Assembly (NCBI GenBank): GCA_964016885.1
Contig: CAXHJY010001459.1
Span: 1 to 43,776 of the forward strand
DNA length: 43,776 nucleotides
Direction of reading: 5' to 3'
Origin: Eledone cirrhosa
Lineage: Eukaryota
Shown here: positions 1 through 14,157 of the stretch, in pieces
How the letters are laid out: each line of letters begins with the position of its first letter
Numbering within the stretch: the stretch's first letter is position 1
Position numbers and translations under genes: made by a program
The notes under the pieces: generated by a model
Seen by the model: only the letters and a program-made list of their open reading frames with translations
What the model was told of the DNA's origin: nothing
Database searches by the model: none

Positions 1-89
1 TATATATATATACATATATATATATACATATACATATATATATATACATATATATATATACATATATATATATACATATATATATATAC

Positions 90-136
<47 letters not shown>

Positions 137-163
137 CATATATACATATATATATATACATAT
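1..163. repeat. (TA)n microsatellite with TACA interruptions (runs off window start)
   Basis: Direct reading of the sequence. Confidence 0.98.
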
Positions 164-570
164 AAAAATACGTATTTAAGAAAGCCACAACAATGCAAAG
201 GGAAATCTCGAGGTAGGAAGTGAAATATAGATAGGAAAAACAGGTGAAAGTGAAAATTGAGAGAGACAAAGATGAAAACAAAACAAAGGTAGAAGGGTTA
301 CCGTAGTAGAGATTTAATCCCAATATTTCGGGCTCACGCCCATCAACGGGGGAAAAGTTCCAAAAGGGGGGAAACAGACCAAGCGGAGAAAGTTGTGATG
401 TCGTTAAGACAGGAATGCCGTTATGGGGAGAAAAATATTTAAAATTTAAACGAGGGAAAGAATGCGCGTGCGCGTGATAGGCTGTGGCAAAAGCTACTGA
501 CCAAATGGGTTAAATCAAGAGGGTGCGTTAGCGTGTGAAAGCCGTAAGATATGTGTATGTAAATATATAT

Positions 571-905
571 GTGTGTGTAACTGTGTGTGTATAAGTGTAA
601 GTGTGTATGTGTGAGTGTGTGTGTGTGTGAAAGATAGTGGGCTGTAGAAGTTGGAAATCAAAGGGTGTGAAAGGTGGTAGGTTGTAAAATATGTGTGCGT
701 GTATAAATATAGATGTGTGTGTGTAAGCGTATGGGTATACATGTGTGTGTAACTGTGTGTGTATATGTGTGAGTGCGTTTGTGTGTGAAAGATAGTGGGC
801 TGTATAGAAGCTGGAAATCAAAGGGTGTGAAAGGTGGTAGGTTGTAAAAACATGTGTGCGTGTATAAATATAGATGTGTGTGTGTATGCGTATGGGTATG
901 CATAT
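571..905. repeat. Tandem duplication (~175 bp x2) of TG-rich sequence in the PLE1 3' UTR
   Basis: aaagatagtgggctgt...ggaaatcaaagggtgtgaaaggtggtaggttgtaaaa...gcgtatgggtat occurs twice. Confidence 0.85.
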
Positions 906-957
906 ACGTGCGTGTGTGTGAAGATAGCAGGCCGTAGGCTGTGAATGGTCATTATGG

Positions 958-1665
958 TTAAGTTAGCCATGTCAGCTCATTTCTCTCAGCCTGGTTGTTA
1001 AGTGGGGGTCTGAGGTTCTTAATAACAAGTGCTTCCTTTATCCTTAAGGATCCGATGCTGCGTTCAGTCGCTAGGACTGTGACCAAGGGTCTACCCTGTG
1101 GGTTTCCGCATTTAAGGATATGTTTACGGAAGGAAGATGCGTTGGTGTTGATATGTTCCTTGATACGAACATGTAGGGGTCGGATGGTGCTACCTATGTA
1201 AAACTTGTTACATTTATCGCATTGAATCTTATATACGACATAGGTGTGTAGGCAATCTGCCCCCTGTATCGGGCAGTTGCTGAGGGAACACGTCCCATCT
1301 GCCTCGTAGGGTTTGTTGGAGAGGCATCTTCGCAGCGAAGGTCCTGTGTGGGCCAAATGTATGTCAAGTCCCTCCGTCCGTATGGCCCTGCGGATGGCGT
1401 TCGTGGTATATTCACTCAGGTGGGGGATTTTAAAGAAGCACCTGCTAATATTAAGTTTTCTAGTGGGTGTCAGTCTACTGGGTCTGGGGTCTCTAATTCC
1501 GTTAATCAGTCGCTTGGGATAACCATTAGATCTGAGTAGATTACGGAATTGCGTGGTATGGGTGAGACCACCCATCGGGTCGCTGCATCTGTTAGTGATC
1601 CGTGTCAGTTCATTTAGGACATAGCCTCTCTTAGCGTTGTTGGGGAGGGCTGAGTTATAATGCAC
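958..1665 (-). CDS. PLE ORF C-terminal part: RT thumb/linker plus GIY-YIG endonuclease (partial)
   Basis: Motifs HYNSALP, NGYP, CSLSNCP, VVYKIQCDKCNKFYIGST, R-x3-H (RIKEH), IKEAL, PPLN; frame is open upstream to the truncation at ~1717. Confidence 0.9.
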   Translation of the reverse strand: MHYNSALPNNAKRGYVLNELTRITNRCSDPMGGLTHTTQFRNLLRSNGYPKRLINGIRDPRPSRLTPTRKLNISRCFFKIPHLSEYTTNAIRRAIRTEGLDIHLAHTGPSLRRCLSNKPYEADGTCSLSNCPIQGADCLHTYVVYKIQCDKCNKFYIGSTIRPLHVRIKEHINTNASSFRKHILKCGNPQGRPLVTVLATERSIGSLRIKEALVIKNLRPPLNNQAERNELTWLT

Positions 1666-1731
1666 AAATAAGTCCTTGCATGCTGCTTTGCGGTAGAAGG
1701 TGGTGTTTATGTCTCCATAAACACCACCTTT

Positions 1732-1767
1732 TCCCCCGTTGATGGGCGTGAGCCCGAAATATTGGGA
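1732..1767 (+). ncRNA. Non-canonical minimal hammerhead-like motif in PLE1 pLTR (second copy at 318-353, minus strand)
   Basis: UUGAUG-GGC-GUGA-GCC-C-GAAA-UAUU closed by UCCC/GGGA; the core deviates from CUGANGA. Confidence 0.45.
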
Positions 1768-1960
1768 TTAAATCTCTACTACGGTAACCCTTCTACCTTT
1801 GTTTTGTTTTCATCTTTGTCTCTCTCAATTTTCACTTTCACCTGTTTTTCCTATCTATATTTCACTTCCTACCTCGAGATTTCCCTTTGCATTGTTGTGG
1901 CTTTCTTAAATACGTATTTTTACACATTTCACAATGCTTCAAGCAAACTTTAACACCCTC

Positions 1961-3970
<2,010 letters not shown>

Positions 3971-4252
3971 GTCGTGGAGGTGCCACCCCCACCGCAAGGT
4001 GGTCGTGGAGGTGCCACGGCAAAAAAGCACCCAGCCCACACTGTAAAGTGGACGTGTAGGCGCCACGAAAAAGCACCCAGCACTCACTGTAAATGAGGTT
4101 GGTGTTAGGAAGGGCATCCAGCTGTAGAAATCAAGCCAGATCAGTTCCTGTATGAGCAAGGCATGGTCAGCCGACCAGACACTGCCCACAACAGGACAAC
4201 CCGTCTAACCCATGCTAGCGTGGAAGAACGGACGTAAAACGGTGATGATGAT
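3971..4252 (+). mobile_element. RTE subfamily C 3' UTR only (severely 5'-truncated copy)
   Basis: 3989-4250 reads identical by eye to 34631-34892; ends cggacgtaaaacggt(gat)n running into (TA)n. Confidence 0.92.
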
Positions 4253-5741
<1,489 letters not shown>

Positions 5742-8700
5742 TAGCAGAAAAGTGGGCAGATAAGATAATAGACGTAAATAGAGTGAACGACAGAATAATT
5801 AAAATAAGACTTGTCCTCAATAGAACTACGGTGACAGTAATATCTGCGTACGCACCCCAATCCGGACTGCTCGGCACTATAAAAGACAGATTCTATGAGA
5901 CACTGATGCTCACTACCTCCCAAATAACCGACAGTGACTATATAATTATTGCAGGCGACCTAAATGGTCACGTTGGACAACATTGTGACGGCTACGACGA
6001 AATCTATGGAGGCTATGGGTTTGGTACTAGAAATGAGGAAGGCTCCAGAATCCTGGAATTCTGTGACGCAAATAACCTAACTATCTGTAACACTAACTTC
6101 AAAAAACGTGACAATCACCTGATCACCTATAGATCCAGGTAGATTATATCCTTACCAGAAGACGTGACAGAGTGTCTGTTGTAAACACTAAATCCCTCCC
6201 ACATGTAGAATGCACCTCCCAACATAGACTGATAATTAGCGACCTCATAGTCAAATATGGAAGCTAAAGGACCCCACAGCCAGAAATAAATTTCAAAGCA
6301 TATTACTTGATGCTTTCGACAGTAAGGAAGAGCATTTAGAGTCGGGCAATATAGAGGGACAGTGGGAATTTCTGAAAGCAAACCTGCTGATGGCGACAGA
6401 CGAAGTCTGTGGCTGGAGCAGGCCTGTTGGCAGGAGGAGAGTAACATGGTGGTGGAACAGTAAGGTGGAGGGGTCAATTAAGGCCAAAAAGCAGGCTTGG
6501 AAAGTATGGCAGGATGGGGGAAGTAGAGAAGACTATCAAGTGGCCAGGAGGGAAGCTAGGAGACAAGTGTACTTCGCAAGAAGGGAAGCAGAGGAAAGAA
6601 AGTTCAAGCATGTTCTACAACGCGAGGACCAAAAACGTGAGGTGTTCAGGATTGCTAGGCAATGTGTCAAGGAAAACCGTGATATTGTCGGGGAGAAGTG
6701 TGTACTTAATGATGACGGCGTACTTGCCATCACCGACGTTGATAAGAAGGTAGCTTGGAAGTGTCACTATGAAAGGCTACTAAATAAGGAGAATAAATGG
6801 GAGAAAGACAGTCTCCCCCACATCGACCCAATAGAGGGACCAGCAGTGTTAGTCGAGGGGAGTATAATAAGTAAGGCAATCAAGGATATGAAGACGGGTA
6901 AGGCGGCTGGGCCTTCGGAAATAGTTGCTGAGATGCTGAAGGCATCTGGCACGGTGAGACACACCATGGTCACCCGCATAGTTAACCAAGTCGTACAGAA
7001 TGGGGTTGTTCCGAAGGACTGGCATAGCAGCATCATCGTTAACTGTTATAAGGGTAAAGGAGATGCCCTAGATAGGAGTAACTATAGAGGCATTAAATTA
7101 ATCGACCAGGTCATGAAGGTCACGGAAAAAGTAATAGCGCAACTAATCAGAGAGAGAATTGACCTAGATGAAATGCAGTTCGGGTTTGTGTCAAGCAAAA
7201 GTACCACAGATGCTCTTTTCATTGTACGTCAACTACAGGAGAAGTACCTAGCTAAAGGTAAACCCCTCTACTTAGCTTTTGTCGACTTGGAGAAAGCCTT
7301 CGACAGAGTCCCTCGTTCCATTATCTGGTGGGCCCTTAGAAAACTAGGTGTCGATGAATGGCTTGTGAGAGCTATACAAGCCATGTATAAAGAAACAGTC
7401 AGCAAGTTTAGAATTAACAACGAATATAGTGAAGAGTTTAGCGTAAAAGTTGGCGTCCATCAGGGCTCTGTTCTCAGCCCCCTACTATTTATTATTGCCC
7501 TTCAGGCTATAACAGAGGAGTTCAAGACCGGCTGCCCATGGGAACTCCTATACGCAGACGACTTGACACTCATAGCTGAATCAATGGCCGAGCTAGAGAA
7601 GAAATTCCAAACATGGAAGCACGGCCTAGAATCAAAAGGCCTTAAAATTAACCTGGCTAAGACTAAAGTTCTAGTTTGTAGGAAAGAAAATAAGGCGCCG
7701 GTCCCTTCCGAGAAATGGCCATACTCAGTGTGTAGGAAAGGCGTAGGTAGAAACTCCATTTTATGTCCCAAATGCAAAGTATGGGTGCATAAAAGACGTA
7801 GTGGGATCACAGGTAAGCTAACTAAGAACATAGATTTTACATGTGGGCGGTGCTCTGGTGCAATAAGTAGCAGCAAGTGCCGACAAAATACTAGCTCTTA
7901 CAACTGCGCAGAGGGCTCTATAGAAATAGTTACCTGGGTGACAAAATCAGCAGTGGGGGAGGGTGCTCTGAAAGTACAGTAGCTAGAGTCAGAACTGGAT
8001 GGAAAAAGTTCAGAGAGCTTATACCACTATTAGCTGCTAAAGGGTTCTCCCTAAAAATGAAAGGCAGGTTGTATGATGCCTGCATACGAACAGCAATGTT
8101 GCATGGCAGTGAGACCTGGGCATTGTGTGCAGAGGATATACGCAGACTAGAGAGGAACGAAGCTTGCATGCTCCGCTGGATGTGTAATAGTAATATACAT
8201 GAACGGCAAAGCATAAACGAACTAAAGAAAAAATTAGAAATAAGAGGGATCAGATGTTGTTTACTCGAGAGAAGGCTATGGACACATGATGCGCATGAAA
8301 GTCGACAGCTGTATAACAAAGTGCAGGGCAATAAAGATAGACGGTAGCCACGGAATAGGCAGACCTAGAAAATCCTGGGACAAGCTGATAAACTCCGACC
8401 TCACACACTTACACCTCTCCAAGACAATGTCACTGGACCGAGACCTTTGGCGGTACTCAGTAATAGATAAGACCCGCATTACCTAAATACATAGTAAAAC
8501 CTACTACAGCCAGTAGGCATCTCTAACAAAATACACCCCCGTTCCACCACCCCCACCCCATCCACACCACCCCCTCCTATGTAAAGTTATGTTGGTGCCA
8601 CACCATCCAGGCCGAAACAAATGAGATCGTGTAGGTGTCACGACAAAAAAACAGACAGTCCACGCTGTAATGTGGCCGTGTAGGCAACACGGTAAAAACC

Positions 8701-8871
8701 TCCCAGACCCACACTGTAAATGTGGTTGGTGTTAGGAAGGGCATAGAAAACCTGTAGAAAACCTGCCAGACAGTCCTATGCGAGCAAGACAATCACTCTT
8801 GCCTCAAGTGGGAATACTCCCGTCCAAACCCATGCAAGCGTGGAACACGGACGTTAAACGTTGATAATGAT
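5742..8871 (+). mobile_element. RTE-clade LINE, subfamily A, 5'-truncated and disrupted
   Basis: APE endonuclease fragments ([17 protein letters not shown]), RT (FVDLEKAFD, GVHQGSVLSP, LYADD), [13 protein letters not shown], ~380-nt 3' UTR, gat tail; frameshifts and deletions near 6137, 6262, 7930, 8277. Confidence 0.95.
6390..7982 (+). pseudogene. RTE-A reverse transcriptase ORF fragment
   Basis: 530-aa ORF with all non-LTR RT motifs, followed by a degenerate PHD-like finger. Confidence 0.92.
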
Positions 8872-8987
8872 ATATATATATATATATTGTTATACTTTGG
8901 GAGGGTCATGTTGCCCAAAGTATAACAATATCGGTTTCAACACACGATTTCAGATAAAGAATCTTGCTAAACAAATTCAGAAACGAA

Positions 8988-9062
<75 letters not shown>

Positions 9063-9203
9063 CATATACATTTTTATTAAAATATATTTGCTCTACGGTT
9101 CTTATATATTTGATATATATTTTCCTTATCGAGCCCTCTTTGGATTTTAGTCTTCAATTTTATTATTATTACTATATATATATACATATATATATGTATA
9201 TAC

Positions 9204-9252
<49 letters not shown>

Positions 9253-9265
9253 TATATGTATATAC

Positions 9266-9314
<49 letters not shown>

Positions 9315-9437
9315 CATATATATATACATATATATATATATACATATATATATACATATATATATACATATATATATATATACATATATATATACATATA
9401 TATATATATACATATATATATACATATATATATATAC

Positions 9438-9468
<31 letters not shown>

Positions 9469-9573
9469 CATATATATATACATATATATATATACATATA
9501 TATATATACATATATATATATACATATATATATATACATATATATATACACATATATATATACATATATATAT

Positions 9574-9627
<54 letters not shown>

Positions 9628-9641
9628 GTATATACATATAT
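8988..9641. repeat. (TA)n/TACA arrays interrupted by a ~100-bp unique island (9071-9172)
   Basis: Direct reading. Confidence 0.95.
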
Positions 9642-9754
9642 GCAAAAGTTTTATTTAAAATTGTTGGGTTACAACAAGTAAATATTTTATAACTGATATA
9701 AAGCACTCCACAAGTTTTTGGAGTAGATATACGATATTAAACAAATGGAAACTA

Positions 9755-11365
9755 AAATCTGACCTGGGAAAACTTAGCAAAAACATTCTAGACAGGGTAA
9801 TACAGCAAATTAAAAACTTACATAATTTACCTTACTTAAAGTTATGGAAGGGGACTGGTGAGGTTATTGAGTGGTTTAAAGAAATTAAATATAACTATAA
9901 TAATAAGTTTATTCAACTTGATATTGCTAACTACTATTCATCTATCACTCCTAATCTACTGAATAAGGCACTAAATTACGCATTTAAACATACAGACCTA
10001 ACTAGCAATGAAATGCACATTATATTATCGGCAAGGAAAACATTGATAGAATTTAATAACCAATTATGGACTAGGGCAGATAGAGATAATAATTTCGACA
10101 TAACTATGGGATCATCTGACTCAGCTCAGGTAACGGACCTTGTGGGCCTATTTATAATTAATTCGCTGCATAGAAAAATACCAGGTGTAACCGGAGGTTT
10201 ATATCGTGATGACATGCTTTTACTTATTGAAAATAATAACTGTGAACTAAATAGAAAAAGAAAACAAATTATACAATTTTTTAATTACCTTAATCTAAAA
10301 ATAGAAATAGAGAATAACCATAGAATAGTCAATTTCCTAGATGTAACACTAAATCTCAACACATGTCTTCACTATCCATTTCACAAACTAAATGAGAACT
10401 TGAATCATGTCAATTTTAACTCTAATCACCCCAGATCTGTTAAAAATACTATAGTGAACTCTGTTCAAGAACGAATCTCAAGAATTTCCTCTAATAAAAA
10501 TATTTTTGACGAAAAAGCGCAGTATTACAATGAAGCGTTAGCTAGAGCAGGATATAGTGATAAAATTAAGTACATCGATAATAATAAGCAAACTAACCAA
10601 AATAATAACAATTTTAATTACGGTAACAACATTAACAACTATAATAGAAAACATTACAATAATTCCAAAAGCCGAAAAAGAAATAGAACTAGAAATATAA
10701 TATGGTTTGCCCCCTCTTTTTCACTAAATATTAAAACCCATATTGCTAAACTATTCTTTAATGCTCTTGACAAATGCTTCCCTAGAACACATAAATATCA
10801 CTCAATTTTTAATAGACATACTATAAAATTAACTTACTCGTCCACCAAAAATTTAGCACAAAATATTAACAGAATTAATAATAGGAATTTAAAACATAAC
10901 CAAAATACCAATAATAACCCAAACAATATTCAATTAAATAACTGTAACTGTAGAAATAAATCTAACTGTCCGTTAAATAACAATTGCTTAGTTAAAAATA
11001 TAGTATACAATTGTAATGTTAAAACTAACTTAAATTCTTACAACTATGTTGGTTCCACCTCGACAGAATTTAAACTTCGCTTCAATAATCATAAGAATTC
11101 TTTCACAGATCCAAACAAAAAATCCTCAACTTCGCTATCAAGCCTACTCTGGCAACTTAAACGAGATAATGTTGAGTATTCGATGTTTTGGAATATTGTC
11201 GCAAGAGGGATTCCTTTTAATTCCTCATCTGAGACATGTGATCTCTGTGTGGAGGAGATATTCTTTATATTAAAATCCAAAAATTCCCTTAATTTAAGGA
11301 GCAATTTATTCAGTTGCTGCAGACATAGATTGAACTCAACGTTTAAATATAAATTTAAAATGTAG
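9755..11365 (+). CDS. PLE reverse transcriptase plus GIY-YIG endonuclease (N-terminally truncated, uninterrupted)
   Basis: Frame of ORF 10013-11365 is open back to 9755: QLDIANYYSSI, FDITMGS, GLYRDD, NFLDV, RNIIWF, CNCR-x4-CPL, IVY...YVGST, R-x3-H, CDLC, CRH. Confidence 0.92.
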   Translation, partial: KSDLGKLSKNILDRVIQQIKNLHNLPYLKLWKGTGEVIEWFKEIKYNYNNKFIQLDIANYYSSITPNLLNKALNYAFKHTDLTSNEMHIILSARKTLIEFNNQLWTRADRDNNFDITMGSSDSAQVTDLVGLFIINSLHRKIPGVTGGLYRDDMLLLIENNNCELNRKRKQIIQFFNYLNLKIEIENNHRIVNFLDVTLNLNTCLHYPFHKLNENLNHVNFNSNHPRSVKNTIVNSVQERISRISSNKNIFDEKAQYYNEALARAGYSDKIKYIDNNKQTNQNNNNFNYGNNINNYNRKHYNNSKSRKRNRTRNIIWFAPSFSLNIKTHIAKLFFNALDKCFPRTHKYHSIFNRHTIKLTYSSTKNLAQNINRINNRNLKHNQNTNNNPNNIQLNNCNCRNKSNCPLNNNCLVKNIVYNCNVKTNLNSYNYVGSTSTEFKLRFNNHKNSFTDPNKKSSTSLSSLLWQLKRDNVEYSMFWNIVARGIPFNSSSETCDLCVEEIFFILKSKNSLNLRSNLFSCCRHRLNSTFKYKFKM

Positions 11366-12626
11366 TATAATTAATTAAGAAATTTAATCAATGTATGTAA
11401 CCTGACGATAAATCTTTCGATTCCTTCACCTTTTTCTTTTTAAACCTTCTTCATAAATATAAACTAAGATGTAATTAAACTACTCTAAAATGTATATGCT
11501 CCCAATGTATTAAATAAATTTTACGCAAGATAAATTTCTATACTAAATATAAGGGTAGCTGTAGAACCACTGGGTCTTCTAAATCTTTTAAATAATTTTT
11601 GTTAAATAATTTTTGTTTTTTGACTCTGATTGCTTCTAAAAGACTTTGCAATATATTGTCTGAAAAATTGGAAGGATAGATTTCTGTGGTAAATATATGA
11701 AGCATATTGTTTTTGGCCTGAGATACTCTATAGTGTGTTGAAAATATTTTAGCGTTTTGATGTTTCTGTGCTGGTATATTGATATTTGATTATCTCTATA
11801 CAAAGGCCATATGTATATTAACATGCATATAGAAGGCTTATAGAGTTTATTTTATGTGTTCATGGGTCTGTATGTGTGCATAGAGATGCTGGAATACTCG
11901 CGCAGATATCTTGTATATATATATATATATATATATATAGGTATAGTTATGTATATGTTACAGATATGCATAATATTAAATACATGAACGGTAATCATAT
12001 ATGTGAGCGCATGAATATTAATCGTTTATTTTTTATGTATATATATAGTGAAATTTTTTATAACACAAGAAATTCTTTTTATGACAAGAAATTATAGAGC
12101 TGATCACGTAAAGTCATGTATATGTCTATATTATTGACTAGAGCTAGACATAACTTTCTCTTTTTCTTTTTTCAGAAAGTACAAATACGTATATATATAT
12201 ATATACATATATATTTCCGTATTTTTATAAATAGGGTAATTTTTTGAAGGTTTATCTCAAATTTTGGTACATTGACCTCAGAGTTTTAAACTAAACATAT
12301 GGTCATTATTGAACAAAGTTATTTTCTCATATTATATATCTATGTCTCATTCATGAATATTGATATTTACATTCTATTATCCATTTCATATGAATTGATA
12401 ATTCAAATTGATATGACATGACGTAAAGATGTAACTGTATCCTTCTCTCTATATATATTGCTCTTTCTCCTCTCTCTTTATATATGATGAAGTATTATGT
12501 ATCTGTCGCTTTGGTTTTGCCTCTCATATTTCTCTCTTGGTTTTTCACTTCCCCCTATCTAGTTATATTTTCTCTCTCTCTTCCCCCCCCTCTCAGTTTT
12601 CTCTTTATCTCCATTTTTTCTTTTTC

Positions 12627-12875
12627 TCTAACTGTGCTTAACACTATAACTAAATAATTACTGTACTCTCTCTCTCTATATAGTACTCCCTCTCTCTTGA
12701 ATCTCTCTATTTGTATGGTGAATTATTATTATTTGTCTGTTGCTTTCGGTTGCCTCTCTTTTTTCACCTCCTCCTTCTTTCTCTCTCCCCTCTCTCCCTC
12801 TGTTTTTCTTTACCTCCTTTCTTCTTTTTCTCCGTCTTTTTTCTAACTGTGCTTAACACTATAACTAAATAATTA
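12627..12875 (+). repeat. 34-bp exact direct repeat in the PLE2 3' UTR (12627-12660 and 12842-12875)
   Basis: tctaactgtgcttaacactataactaaataatta twice, each preceded by CT-rich sequence. Confidence 0.9.
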
Positions 12876-12965
12876 TAAACACTTCACTACCAAGGCAGCC
12901 TCCTAATTTAATGGTCGCTTATATTATGGTACGTCAAAATTATTTATAAAACTGTTTATATATTG

Positions 12966-13031
12966 TATTTTATCTGACGAAGGCATGCCATATTTTTAAT
13001 ATGGTATCCCTGAAATATGTATAATGAAATA
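12966..13031 (+). ncRNA. Type I hammerhead ribozyme motif in PLE2 terminal repeat
   Basis: CUGACGA (12974-12980), stem II AGG..AUGCCAUAU/AUAUGGUAU..CCU, GAAA (13012-13015), near-palindromic AUAUGU, then A. Confidence 0.72.
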
Positions 13032-13072
13032 AATATGGTTTTATAAATATAGTTTCCATTTGTTTAATATCG

Positions 13073-13077
<5 letters not shown>

Positions 13078-13128
<51 letters not shown>

Positions 13129-13165
13129 CATATATATATACATATATATATATATATACATATAT

Positions 13166-13200
<35 letters not shown>

Positions 13201-13300
13201 TATATATATATACATATATATATTGTCCCACCCTTGCAAGCAGGGAAAAGCGGACGTAAAATGATGATGATGATATATATATATATACATATATATACAT

Positions 13301-13387
<87 letters not shown>

Positions 13388-13422
13388 CATATATATATAT
13401 ACATATATATATACATATATAC

Positions 13423-13453
<31 letters not shown>

Positions 13454-13793
13454 CATATATACATATATACATATATACATATATATATATACATATATAC
13501 ATATATATATATACATATATACATATATATACATATATACATATATATATATACATATATATATATACATATATACATATTCGGTTAGCTTCCCCCTGTG
13601 TTGTTTACTTGTATCACTCGCTTTACGTGTTTCTATTGTCCTAATAACTTATTTTAGTTATTATCGCTCCAACGTGAGGTATATGATTTTTAATGCGATG
13701 AAATACCCATGATCGTTTGGTAAATCACTGATGAGGGATTCATTTTATAACATGTTATCCATGTGCAACCAGCAGTATTCTTCTCACCCATAT

Positions 13794-13866
<73 letters not shown>

Positions 13867-14083
13867 TATACATATATATATATATATACATATATATACA
13901 TATATATATATATACATATATATACATATATATATATATACATATACATACATATACATATACATACATATATATATATATACATATACATATATATACA
14001 TATATATACATATATATATATATACATATACATATATATACATATATATACATATATATATATATACATATACATATATATAC

Positions 14084-14146
<63 letters not shown>

Positions 14147-14157
14147 CATATACATAC
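13078..14157. repeat. (TA)n/TACA arrays interrupted by the RTE tip and a 220-bp island (13581-13798)
   Basis: Direct reading. Confidence 0.93.
13224..13274 (+). mobile_element. ~50-bp RTE subfamily B 3' terminus inserted in (TA)n
   Basis: gtcccacccttgcaagcagggaaaagcggacgtaaaatgatgatg matches 17231-17280 with about one mismatch. Confidence 0.88.

Larger units (their letters stand above)
163..1960 (-). mobile_element. Penelope-like retroelement 1, 5'-truncated, with inverted pseudo-LTR
   Basis: Minus-strand RT-thumb/GIY-YIG ORF; 163-357 is the reverse complement of 1728-1922 (195 bp); flanked on both sides by (TA)n. Confidence 0.92.
9642..13077 (+). mobile_element. Penelope-like retroelement 2 (Naiad-like), 5'-truncated, long 3' UTR, short inverted terminal segment
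   Basis: RT plus GIY-YIG ORF; 9727-9754 is the reverse complement of 13050-13077; hammerhead core near the 3' end; (TA)n on both flanks. Confidence 0.88.

Noticed and set aside
11400-11425. CTGACGA just after the PLE2 stop codon as a hammerhead or SECIS
   Set aside because: No GAAA box or stem III; the stem is too short and lacks the RUGA context of a SECIS.
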